DNA of 41,602 bases. It comes from Rozella allomycis CSF55. Taxonomy: Eukaryota. Below, piece by piece: positions 12,241-22,915 of this stretch. The notes beneath the pieces were generated by a model, which saw only the letters and a list, made by a program, of their open reading frames with translations, ran no database searches and was not told the origin of the DNA. Where the stretch lies: the NCBI GenBank assembly GCA_000442015.1, contig KE560467.1, positions 1-41,602 of the forward strand, given 5' to 3'. The position numbers were made by a program, and so were the translations under genes. Numbering within the stretch: position 1 is the first letter of the stretch; every line of letters starts with the position of its first letter.

Positions 12241-12405
12241 CATTTCGCTTCACAATCTGAAATTTCCTAAATGGCGCGACCCCAAAGATTAGCAAGATTC
12301 AACCCAGAATCATGTGCCAACCCACTTTACTACGAATGGATGCACGAGCTGTACACAGATGCCGCATCTATCGGCTCCAAATCTGTCTTTTCTCTCAAAA
12401 AAGTA
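12241..12405 (+). pseudogene. Truncated duplicate of the MUS81 5' UTR and exon 1
   Basis: Near-identical to about 16608-16772 (MARPQRLARFNPESCANPLYYEWMHELY...SLKK). Homology stops at the first intron donor. Confidence 0.85.
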
Positions 12406-12542
12406 GTCGCGCGATTTCTTTTTAGCGGATCAATTATTTTCGCACACATCTACTCCCTTAAACATTCAAAATCCACAAGCGTTTAATAAGATAGTTAATT
12501 TGCAAATGAGATTTATTAAATATTTAAACTCAATGTCTTCAC

Positions 12543-14171
12543 CTAGGCCTTTAAGCATCTGACGAGGCACATGCTATCCATTTGTCTCATCAAGTATGGT
12601 GTCAATATAGAATTTTGGCGTATTATGGCCTCCTTCAACGAGTCCTTCTGAGAATAGTCTCGCACATACAGATCAAAATATTTGAAATTCGATGTCTTGG
12701 CTAAAAGTTCGCCAGTTCTTCTTTTAACACTTTGATTAAATTTTGTTAGCTTTTGGGAGTATGAAGTGTATTGATTAAGTGTTGGAAGACTAACATCCAA
12801 AACAGGGACAGAAAATTTGTCATTGTTAATCCCTGATTCGTTCATCTTTGCCTCACGATAGTCTTTGAACGCCTTGTCAAATAAATGTTGGTTATCTCCA
12901 AGGCTGGACCTAATCGAGTCTTCAATATCACGTCTGTGTAAACCAAACAATGGAATCCAATTAAAATCCTTATTAATGTTTTGCACATCGAAAACATCGT
13001 ATTGATATTTTGCATCAACGCCTTGGCATGAATTTAACATTGTCATAAATTTGTCTTTAGCTTCATTGTAGCTGTTAAGTAAATTTGTACTCTCTTCTTT
13101 AAGACTAGTTATGTTTTTCGCAAAATTATCTATTTCAGTCTCCAAAATCAAATATTTATCAATTTGCTTCTTTAAGTTCTCATTTTCTGTAGCAAATTTC
13201 TTTTCATTATTCAATAAATCTTCGCGTGTCGTAGAGTCCGTGGTATTTAATTCTTTTAATCCAATTTCCTTTATTTCAAGCATCATAGAATTTAAATCTT
13301 CAGGTAAAGTTGTAGATCTTGTCGTGATCTTTTGAAAATCAAGCACAAATTTCTCTCTCGCTTGACGATAAGTCTCGATCTCTTGGTTCATTCTTTCATA
13401 CGCAGCCTTGGCTTTAATCATAGCGTCAGTGCTAAAAGTCTTACCATTATTTTCCACGCATTTTTTGACAATTTCAGAATACGCTTTAACTGCAAAAGCT
13501 TTTCTGGCCTCGGCATGAGACATTGGCCTAGATCCTCCAAATGCTACCCAGTGCCTATAAAATAAATATTTCACAGTATCCAGGAACTCCTTAGCTTGGG
13601 GCGCAACTGCCATAAATTTTCCCTTCAATTCTTCAATTTTCTTTTGTTCATCTTCTTCCGTCACCACAGAATCCGCTTTAGTAAACACAATAAAACCTTG
13701 TTTAAAACCTTCCTTGGTAATTAATGATGTCATGAAATTGAATACATTAGCAAGCTGAGATTTACATGCCCTATCCACAGGATATAAGAAAAAGAAAGCA
13801 TCAATTCCATCTTTCAACAGTGTCGGCACCTTTTCAGCTATTAAAGTTGCCACCTCATTGTTTTTGGCTTCGTCATCCTCAAATCCAGGAGTATCCACAA
13901 CGTGCAAATTGACACCATCAATAGAGCAGTCATAACCTTTACATTCAGTAGTAACGGAATCCATAGAGTTAGATGATTTCGCAACTTCTCTGTTGTCGTT
14001 TGGCATCAAATCGAACAAGCCATGCAATACGTTAACCATAGTCGATTTTCCTGACCCGAAATAGCCGAGCAGCAGAACGTTCAAGCGCCTATTACATACG
14101 TCAGACTCAATAGGTGAAGCATGGAGTAGCTCGGGAAACCAAATAAGTGTGAGGACTGAAAAGAATTTCAT
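12543..14171 (-). CDS. Signal peptide + AIG1/GIMAP-like GTPase + coiled coil
   Basis: Leader MKFFSVLTLIWFPELLHA, G1 VLLLGYFGSGKST, G2 SVTTEC, G3 VVDTPGF, G4 VFTKAD, long helical C-terminus. Intronless. Confidence 0.85.
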   Translation of the reverse strand: MKFFSVLTLIWFPELLHASPIESDVCNRRLNVLLLGYFGSGKSTMVNVLHGLFDLMPNDNREVAKSSNSMDSVTTECKGYDCSIDGVNLHVVDTPGFEDDEAKNNEVATLIAEKVPTLLKDGIDAFFFLYPVDRACKSQLANVFNFMTSLITKEGFKQGFIVFTKADSVVTEEDEQKKIEELKGKFMAVAPQAKEFLDTVKYLFYRHWVAFGGSRPMSHAEARKAFAVKAYSEIVKKCVENNGKTFSTDAMIKAKAAYERMNQEIETYRQAREKFVLDFQKITTRSTTLPEDLNSMMLEIKEIGLKELNTTDSTTREDLLNNEKKFATENENLKKQIDKYLILETEIDNFAKNITSLKEESTNLLNSYNEAKDKFMTMLNSCQGVDAKYQYDVFDVQNINKDFNWIPLFGLHRRDIEDSIRSSLGDNQHLFDKAFKDYREAKMNESGINNDKFSVPVLDVSLPTLNQYTSYSQKLTKFNQSVKRRTGELLAKTSNFKYFDLYVRDYSQKDSLKEAIIRQNSILTPYLMRQMDSMCLVRCLKA

Positions 14172-14344
14172 CAGATGACAAGGGTAACGGATTCAGGAAA
14201 TTTGGATCTAAAAGCGCATCTGTGAAATTTATGTAAAATATGACTGAACCTCAATGTTCCCAAAGTGATTTCGGCGAATGGTTTCCATTTGTTTTACTTC
14301 AAAATGATCTGAAATATAAAACACTGAAAATGTGTCATCAGTTC

Positions 14345-14500
14345 AGCAAGACCATTCTCTGAAGCAATGCGAATGGCATAATTTTCCTGGGAACCTGGTC
14401 AACTCTCGAATCTCTCAACAAATGTTTAACCACTTCATCAAGACCATTCTCTGAAGCAATGCGAATGGCATAATTGTACCGAGAGGCTAGATCTACTCTC
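14345..14500 (-). pseudogene. Degenerate ankyrin-repeat units
   Basis: ACCATTCTCTGAAGCAATGCGAATGGCATAATT occurs twice about 92 bp apart and matches the 93-bp unit. Contains indels. Confidence 0.8.
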
Positions 14501-14637
14501 ATTAGACCTACTTACGTGTCTTTGACGATATCACGGATATTCACGCCCATAAACATAATAAGATCTTAACACTAGTCATTAACACGAAATATTTCATTGT
14601 TATACCTATAAGCTCATCTGGATCACTTCGATGACTG

Positions 14638-14808
14638 TCTATGTTGAGGACAACTTATTTCGTCAATCAGAATGATTAATGTGATCAATAATCACATTAT
14701 TCAATATAATAACTAATTCTAACATTAAAATCCAATGAAGCCTACTATATGATGAGGACAACTAATTTCCTCTTTCAGAACATTGAATGTGATCAAACAT
14801 CACATTAG
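14638..14808. repeat. Two ~60-bp direct repeats, each ending in an inverted repeat AATGTGAT-N5-ATCACATT
   Basis: TATGTTGAGGACAACTTATTTC...TAATGTGATCAATAATCACATTA and TATGATGAGGACAACTAATTTC...GAATGTGATCAAACATCACATTA. Confidence 0.7.
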
Positions 14809-14994
14809 CACTTAATGGGATTGTGTATATAATTATTTCGCAACTGATGTGACTAGATATTGTTGGATCTCGTATACTACTATTAATAGAACAAACCGAG
14901 TTAAAGGCTCGGAGATATTATAAATAAATAATCCGATCTCATACGACATATGTTTTGTTTTTAACTAAGTTTCTTTCTATTTCACTCAAGCAAG

Positions 14995-15428
14995 TTGAAT
15001 AGAATAATTGTCCTGAAAACGTGGATCTACATTAGAATCTTGCTACTTGCGCATGACCGTTCTGTGAGGCGAATCGAGCATTGTCCTGAGAACTTGGATA
15101 ATTGAATCTACCCTATAATCTCGGAACAAGACTTCCGGATGACAATTCTATGAAGCAATGCGAATAGCTTAATTGCACCGGAAAGCTGTCTCAACTCTCG
15201 TCGTCCAATAAATGTTTAATCACTTTCGCAAGGCTTAAATTCATGCATAACTAGACTATTCTTTACATCTGGGCTAGTGCGAACCAAGTTCTCGACATCT
15301 TCTATTTCCAAGTGTTGTACTATTTCATTCAACATTTCTTTTGACAAAGTTTCCAACGTTAATTTCGATGCATTCGTTTTTGATAGGCCCACATGAATAC
15401 AAATTGAAAGTACTAGTTTGAATCTCGT
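14995..15428 (-). pseudogene. Chimeric pseudogene: signal-peptide/F-box head of the LRR family joined to degenerate ankyrin repeats
   Basis: 15231-15428 aligns to 11912-12109, with the start ATG changed to ACG at 15426-15428. Directly downstream on the same strand, 14995-15230 carries ankyrin-unit remnants (AKVIKHLLD, GCATGACCGTTCTGTGAGGCGAATCGA). Confidence 0.78.
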
Positions 15429-15477
15429 TCAGAAATACGTCAACTTGTCAATGAATTACATCATGGCCCATTACTGG

Positions 15478-16315
15478 CAGTGTTTATCGTGGGTGATAAC
15501 TGATAATCGGAATCCCATTGAACGGGTGCAGTTCTCATCGTCTCAATTTGGTAGTGATGAAATTTTGGAGGGCAAAATGGCCCTCTTTTCGAAAGTGACC
15601 ATGCTTATGAAAAAATTTAAGAACAGCGTGAATAGAAGGGCTAAGCTTGCACAACATGTTGATGCAAAAAACCAAATAGTCTGGTCCTTATTCTATGTTC
15701 AAACGTTATGGGCAGATTAAGAGTCATTTGCATCATTTCCCGGTAAGCTCTTAGAATTGTACAAATAAGAATGATACGATAATTGAAGCAGAAGGTGAAG
15801 CAAACAAGTCTCGCAGTGCTCGTTGAATCGGACGGGTAGTTTATAAAAAATTCACAATAAATTTCTTCACACAAAACAACCATTTTTCAATGATTATCGC
15901 CACTTTCGCCTTGTAGATCTGATTCCGACCCCAGCTGTGAATCTGGGAATTGCTGAGTTGCTGAGCAAAATAACGTCTTGGTTGACACTCGCAAGTGTTT
16001 GCTTGCTGAGAATCTTGAAGCAATTATGTTCTTGAAATTAAACGATAGCCACTGGACTGTTCACACAGTGGCAGACGCTTTGAAGGCTCTCAAACTGGCA
16101 GTGGCGAATAACGAAAATGATACTGCAAATGATGACAATAATAAGGATTCAAGACTCAAGTGATGAAGACGACGATTATTAAATCAATAACTAGCAATTT
16201 CCTCAATTTTTGTCACAATATTATATTTTTCTCTAATATTGTCAATCTCACATTAATTGATTGTTGACTCTTTCCTCCTAACAATATATTGTCAATAGTA
16301 TTGTCCCCAGCCCTG
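15478..16315 (+). mobile_element. Internally deleted hAT-family DNA transposon remnant
   Basis: Starts CAGTG and ends CCCCAGCCCTG, flanked by ACTGG at 15473-15477 and 16316-16320. The empty site is visible at about 12154-12187. Transposase remnants LFSKVTMLMKKFKN..RRAKL and dimerisation-type VLVDTRKCLLAENLEAIMFLKLN..W; ATTGTC/ACAATA subterminal repeats. Confidence 0.75.
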
Positions 16316-16637
16316 ACTGGCACGGGACACCATTTATAACTTATAATTTACTATCAAGCCATCAAGTTATCAACTTTATATCTAACTCTATATTTTATTT
16401 TTTAATATAGCAACCTAAGTTTTTTATATATTTTAAATATATACAGTTATTTGAATAATCGTATTTATTAAGGATGAGGGATCCACATCGTCAAANATTT
16501 CGCTTCACAATCTGAAATTTCCTAAATGGCGCGACCCCAAAGATTAGCAAGATTCAACCCAGAATCATGTGCCAACCCACTTTACTACGAATGGATGCAN
16601 TAAGTCCCATTTCGCTTTACAATCTGAAATTTCCAAA

Positions 16638-18769
16638 ATGACACGACCCCAAAGATTGGCCAGATTCAACCCAGAATCATGTGCCAACCCACTTTACTAC
16701 GAATGGATGCACGAGCTATACACAGATGCCGCATCTATCGGCTCCAAATCCGTCTTTTCTCTCAAAAAAGTACTCACGCATTCCACTATATAGCCACAGG
16801 CCATGGACGCAATAAAATCACATCCAGAAAAGATACGCAATCCAAAAGATTTAATCAAATTAAAGGGTGTTGGAGCATCGACTGTTGGTAGACTGGAGAA
16901 AAGGGCTAGAGAGCTGGTGGCTGCTGATCCGTTTTACAAGGACCATTTCGAGTTTGACTACGAGGATGGGCAGGAGGGAAAGGGTAAACCAGAAAAGAAG
17001 AGGAAGAATGCGGCAAGAAAGACGAGAGAGTATGTCCCCGAATACAGATCAGGAGCATATGCATTGTTGATTGCACTTTCAACAGCTCCCGAGGAGGGGC
17101 TAACCAAGCTGCAGCTGATTGAGCAATCTGAGAAGCACTGTAATGCTAGTTTTACGATTGCCGAGAAGAACCAGTTTTATACGGCGTGGAATTCTATAAA
17201 GACGCTGGTGGACAAGGAGCTGGTTTATAGTTATGGGTTTCCTGTGAGGTATAGGTTGACGGAAGATGGAATGGATCTTGCGGAGAGGCTGAAGAAGGCG
17301 GCGTCGGGTGGGGGAAGTGGGGTTAAGAGTAGCAGGCCTGAATTGAATAGTTTGAATAGCGAGAGTATAAGAGTGATGGATTTTGAAGATGTAAAGAAGA
17401 AGAAGAGAAAAGTTGGAAAAGAAGTTGAATTAAATACTTTGAATCAAGAGAGTATTAGAATGTTAGATGTTGAGGTGGATGTTGGGAAAGTACAAACAAA
17501 GAGAAGGAAAGTAGATGAGACAGTAACGCAAGTTGTAAGTTCAGCTGTGAAGAAAATGCAAAAAGTTGAAGAATGCTTGTCAGATTCAAGTTTAATTGTT
17601 TTATCAAGCGATGATGATTATTATAAGAAAGATGATATTACGAAGAGATTTATGGATGATTCAATTGAAGACAAACTTAGCCAAAAATCTAATAGATTGA
17701 CATCAGAAACTTTTATCATTGATAGCTTCAAATCTTCTTCTCAAATAAAGTCAACCTCCATTAGCATAAGCGATGGCATCAATGACTTTAATGTGGACTC
17801 ACTTCAATTTGAACCCCATGTTTTAAAGGCTGGTTCTTATAAAATTCTTTTTGTTCTTGACAACAGAGAAAAGCTCAGTCCCCAAGATAGCGCGTACATT
17901 CAAGATTCACTCGCCAAAAAACAAACCCCTGTCATTACATTACCTTTAGATGTTGGTGACTTTTTGTGGGTTGCAATTGGACATGATCAACGTAAATAAA
18001 TCATATGCGTTTGAATAGATGGCAATGAATTGAGAGTAGTTTTAGATTTCATGGGAGAAAGAAAGAGGCTGGATGATCTTCTTCATAGCATTGATGATGG
18101 TCGATATGCAGAACAAAAACATCGATTGTATTTATCAAATATTGGCCACGTCTTTTACATTATAGAAAATTACTCTGTGAATCAATCAGATGACGATGCG
18201 AATGAAAAGCAATTTGAGAAAATTCAAAGTTCCATCATCTCCAGCCAAATCGTTGAATCGTTTATCGTCAAAAGAACAAAATCTCTTGATGACACTATTG
18301 ATTATTTCTCCATTCTCACAAACAAAATAAACAAATTTTACAATGGCAAGGATATATACGTGTATCCACATCATTTATTCGGTAAATTCGAATCTCTCGC
18401 GGAAATGAATAAACGGAGCACAAAAATTTATCCAAACATTGAACGTTTTCATTACCCTTACGAAGCTTACATGGAAAGTCTCTCGAAATCTAAAAACTTA
18501 ACCATCAAAGAACAATTCCTGAAAATGCTCAAGAGAATTAGAGGAATCAGTGGTGATAAGGCAATGGACATTGTCTACAAATACCCAACTTTAAAATCGT
18601 ATGACATTAAGTATACATTAATAGGTTAATGGACGCGTACGAAAGTTGTCTCAGTGAAGAAGAAAAGAAGAATTTATTCACAAATTTCCCTAACAGGGCG
18701 AGAAGATTTGGCCCGCAACTGTCGACAAAGCTTTATCATCTGTTTAATGATTTTGAATACACTAGCTAA
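16638..18769 (+). CDS. MUS81: Crossover junction endonuclease Mus81
   Basis: N-terminal HhH (LKGVGASTV), winged helix YVPEYRSGAYALLIAL, ERCC4 nuclease VLDNRE / VGDFLWVA / ERKRLDDLLHSIDDGRYAEQKHRL, C-terminal HhH IRGISGDKA. Introns 16770-16799, 17992-18018, 18599-18624. Confidence 0.95.
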
Positions 18770-18902
18770 CTCTGAGTGATGAAACGGGGTTTGTTGTAAA
18801 ATAGTTTATCGTTAATTCAATCAATTAAAATAAAATAATATCTGCTCTTCTGCTTCAAATAGTAACAATGTTTTATTTGCCATTTTATTACCTATTTCGT
18901 AA

Positions 18903-20037
18903 TCAATTCTTCAATTCAACTCTTTCTAATTTGTCTTCTAGTGTCCTTATTTTTTCATACTATCATCTCTACTACTTAAAATAATTACTTGTTGAGCGCA
19001 TAACTCCTGGTATTTGTTCTCGTCAGTTCTTGATGACGCCACTGGCGCGTTACTATTCACAGATTCCATTTTCCGTTCCATTAATTGTATAAGCAAATCA
19101 TCATCTTCAGACTTTTGAATCAATACGCAAATATGCTCTTTCAATTTTCTGACTTCCTTTTCTAAATTGTACGCGCGGCATTGAAATTGTTCCGCCTTCT
19201 TTTTACTCTTTTCCGCTTCCAGATGCAAAGCCTATCCCAAATATTTGCACTAAATACCTTGACAGTCTCCTCTAAATTCTTGACTTTAGAATTCACCTCC
19301 GGTTGAGGCGCCGGTTGGAATTCCATGGAACTGTGTGCTACAGAATCTGGCCGACTGCCGTTTTCAGAATGTAAGCCGGATTCCTTCAACTTGATTTGCA
19401 ATGTTTTGATCTTGTTTTTTAATAGGCTGATAATCTGCTGCCTGCCTTTCCAGCCCACAGGCGGCACTCCATTGGTCACCTCTTCAATTCCTACCTCTTG
19501 AGCCACTATCTTTTTTAAATTCATATTCTCCTGCTTCAATCCGCGCACTTGTATTCTTTCTTCTTCTAATTTGCGCTGCAGTATTTGGATCTTCTCTTTT
19601 AGGGATTTAACCTCGATTTCAGCTTGATTGTGTTCTTTATTGCTCTCCTTTGCTTCTGTTATGTCTCTTATAGAATTTTTTAAATGTTCGATTTCTTTTC
19701 GTAGGGAATCATTCAAAGTTCGTTCCTTTTCCAAGGACACATTCAGTCTTCTTGCCTTTCAACTTTAGTTTGAATTATTACTCGTTTACTCAACTCTATA
19801 ATCTTGCTTTCCTTTAGCTCATCTGGATCCACAAAATCATCCTCATCAATCCGTTCATGAAANCAAAATCATCCTCATCAATCCGCTCATGAAAACTCTC
19901 TAAAACAGCGCGGCCAAAACTTTACTTTTATTTTCATTTTGCTCAAGTGCATTTTTAAGAAACCTGTTTTCTTCCTGAAGCTCATGAATGAGTCCCAAGT
20001 CATCGGGATTAAAAAGTAAATCTTTATCGTTTAGCAT
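18903..20037 (-). CDS. CCDC13: Coiled-coil protein, CCDC13-like (centriolar/ciliary), several short introns
   Basis: ESKIIELSK..RRLNVSLEKE and GWKGRQQIISLLKNKIK resemble CCDC13 motifs. Long heptad pattern. The start codon is approximate; N at 19863. Confidence 0.62.
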
Positions 20038-20092
20038 AAAAATCAATAGTAAATAAAAACAAATGTGCCAATCATCATTGTTTATTTGCAAG

Positions 20093-20895
20093 TTACATCT
20101 TGTTGTGCCTCTTGATCATTTCATACATTCTTTGACTGAATTCATGAGATGATTGTGGGTTTTGGCCACTGATAAGACGTTCCTCTTCAACAATGACGTT
20201 GGGTTTAAATGGAGACTGGGTTTCAACACGGGCACCAACAGATTCCAATTTTTCTTCTACATAGTATGGGACTTCCTCTTTCAATGACTTTTCTTCTTCA
20301 TTGGACATGCATGTAATTCTTCTACTCTTGAGAAATGGTTGTCCCTTGTCGCTCTTCATGTTCAAAAGAGCGATGGATCCTTGGCCGATGGCCCCAATAA
20401 TTCCGCGGTTTTGATACCAAACCTTGTATAGTCAATTAGTTTTTTCCTTACATTTTGGAGTAATTGTGGCAACTCGTTGGACTGTGGAAAGTCAATCAAA
20501 CATCCATGACCTCCAATCAAAACAACCGCAAAAATTTCTTCAGAGTTCAACTCGGAAATTCTCTTGGTGTTCTTAAGGCATTCACAAACATGGTTGTTTT
20601 CAATGAATTCTTTCAAGTTTGGATCTCTTTCAGCTTCCTCCTTGGACTGTGTGAATTAAGAGATGATGAATTACGCGCGGAGACATTCTGCATTCACCAC
20701 CTCTTGGTGATGCGAAAACCAACTTCATGTTTTCTTCTTGTTGTAACTTTTGCATATATTCTATATTCAATGTCTAAATGCTATACTGTATGAATAACCT
20801 GCTTCGATAGCATTAAAACCAGTTGTGTTTTGTGACCCCTTCAATTGGGTGGTGTTGGTCATAATCATCACAATTTGGTTTTTTCCGTGAGTCAT
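20093..20895 (-). CDS. DJ-1/PfpI family (Hsp31-like) protein, paralogue 1
   Basis: MTHGKNQIVMIMTN...TGFNAIEAGY, SPRGG, VVLIGGHGCLIDFP, GIIGAIGQGS, RLISGQNPQSS. Short introns. Confidence 0.85.
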
Positions 20896-21181
20896 TTTGT
20901 TGTATTTTGAGAAGAAAATCTCTCATTTTATAACTGCTTGACATTAATCTATCTAAAATGACAAAGTCTAAACAATTTGATTGCAAATCTTTGACAATAC
21001 GGTGTCTCTTAAAACAATTGACATAATTTAGCATTTCATTTACTTATGCCATATGGTTCAACAAAATGACTTTCAGTATGTGCCGATTCTTCCGATGAAA
21101 AAATGAATTTGATAAATAGTCAACTGTCAAACGTTGAATGAATTGCAAATAAAAAGAGTGTTTTATTCAATAATTCAATAG

Positions 21182-21679
21182 TTAATCGTTCTTGCTATAA
21201 ATCCATTTTCCAAGCTCAGTAAGTTGATCAATTGCTGACTCTTGATGGTGTCTTTCAGCTTGCCATTGATCTGAGACTTGCTCATCGCGGTGAGGTTCGG
21301 TGTTATGGAAGTCTAAATTTACCTTTCCATCATAACTAGAATCATTGAAAACGTGATAGATGTCCTTTGGGCCAACAATATTGTCAAGTGATTCAAGAAT
21401 CTTGGCACTCATCATAAGACTTTCGTTCATTTTGGAGTTTACTAGATTGTTTCCAAATGTTACTTTGAAGGATTCGTGAACTTGCATTCCATGCTTCAGA
21501 GAGATGGAGTTGGCTCTGGCTACTATTGCCTGCATTTCTTGTTGCACTGATATCAGAACCGTCTCCAATGAGAGTTGATAGCGAGTCAGCGCTTGCTTTA
21601 GTTTCATGCTCCGATCGATGTTCAGTGAAGGATACTCTGGCGTTGGAGGGGTTAACATTATGTCGCTCTTCTTGTTCAT
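21182..21679 (-). CDS. Hypothetical protein (165 aa)
   Basis: ATG-started open frame filling the gap between the two DJ-1 genes, helical composition, no recognised motif. Confidence 0.5.
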   Translation of the reverse strand: MNKKSDIMLTPPTPEYPSLNIDRSMKLKQALTRYQLSLETVLISVQQEMQAIVARANSISLKHGMQVHESFKVTFGNNLVNSKMNESLMMSAKILESLDNIVGPKDIYHVFNDSSYDGKVNLDFHNTEPHRDEQVSDQWQAERHHQESAIDQLTELGKWIYSKND

Positions 21680-22027
21680 TTGCCAATTTTCAAGAAGTGA
21701 TATGTCAAAGTGACACTTACAATGGATATTGAATCTGAAATTTAATGAAAGGTCAACAAAGTCACACTTAGATCTTCAAAATCCATGTGTTTATCTTGAG
21801 CGAGGCGATATGCCTGCACGGGTTTGATTTCAAGACCCGCAACCCGAAAGTATCCAAAAGCGGTATCTAGCGACCCAATCTATTAAATATCAACCTTCTC
21901 ACCGCCCCCGATTTCAAAAATGGAAGTTGACAATGAAAATCATACCCATTTAGTTGGGAAATATATAAGTGAAGTGTAAAATAGTAGTTGCAAAGGAAAA
22001 TCTTTATTTGCAAATAATTGATAAAAA

Positions 22028-22814
22028 TCAGACCTTCTCGGCATATTGTCTGATCGTTTGATGAAGTTTGTCAGCGAATTGTCTCGAAGATTGAGGATTT
22101 TGGGCAGTGATAAGCCTTTGGCTGTCAACAATGACGTTAGGCTTGAATGCCTGTTGATTTTCAACTTTAACACCTAGCTGTTCCATCTTCTCTTCTACGT
22201 AAAAAGGAAGTTCTTCTTTGAATGATTTTTCTTCTTCATTAGACATGCAAGTGATCTTCTTATTTTTCAAAAATGGTTCACCGCGATCATTTTTCATGTA
22301 AGCCAAACCAACAGATCCTTGAGCGATAGCACCCAAAACACCCTCGCTTCTATACCAAACGTTGGAACATAATTTGTGCAAGCCTTCACAGTTTGGAAAG
22401 TCAATCAAACAACCATGACCCCCAATCAATACAACAGCGGCGACATCTTCCGCAGAAATACTTTCAATGCGTTTGGTGTTGCGTAAACTTTCAGCTGTTT
22501 CGCGACATTCGAAAAATTCTTTGAGTTCAGAGTCATTTTCTGCTTCTTTTCGTGACTATTTAAAAGAAAACAAAATTATACTTGAGGGGACATTTTAGCT
22601 TCACCTCCGCGTGGTGATGCCCAAGTCAGAGTTAAGTTCTTCTCTTGTCTTAGTTTGTGCAGGCATTCTAACAAAACTATCCTATGTGATTACTCCAAGC
22701 GTATCCAGCTTCAATGGCGTTAAAACCAGTGTCGTGAGACATGCTTTTGCCAGATTCTTTCAGACTTGTTACAGTGGTTACTACAATAACTACTTGGGTT
22801 GGATTGCGAGTCAT
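22028..22814 (-). CDS. DJ-1/PfpI family (Hsp31-like) protein, paralogue 2
   Basis: MTRNPTQVVIVVT...TGFNAIEAGYAW, SPRGG, VLIGGHGCLIDFP, GVLGAIAQGS, RLITAQNPQSS. Confidence 0.85.
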
Positions 22815-22915
22815 TCTCTACAGAATCAGCCATGAGATTGGATGTATTTATAACTTGATGACTTTGACGTCAAATAAATGGCAAATTGCAATGATCAGAT
22901 TCATGAAATTTCTTA

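Noticed and set aside
12543-12560. C-terminal CLKA as a CaaX prenylation signal on the AIG1 GTPase
   Set aside because: Lys at the a2 position is unfavourable for prenyltransferases; too weak to call, and proximity to PGGT1B is likely coincidental.
14677-14808. TGTGA...TCACA as bacterial CRP sites
   Set aside because: The spacer is 7 nt rather than 6, and the DNA is eukaryotic.
16496-16600. Third copy of the MUS81 start
   Set aside because: A small N-flanked piece carrying the same variants as the 12241 copy; most likely a scaffolding artefact.
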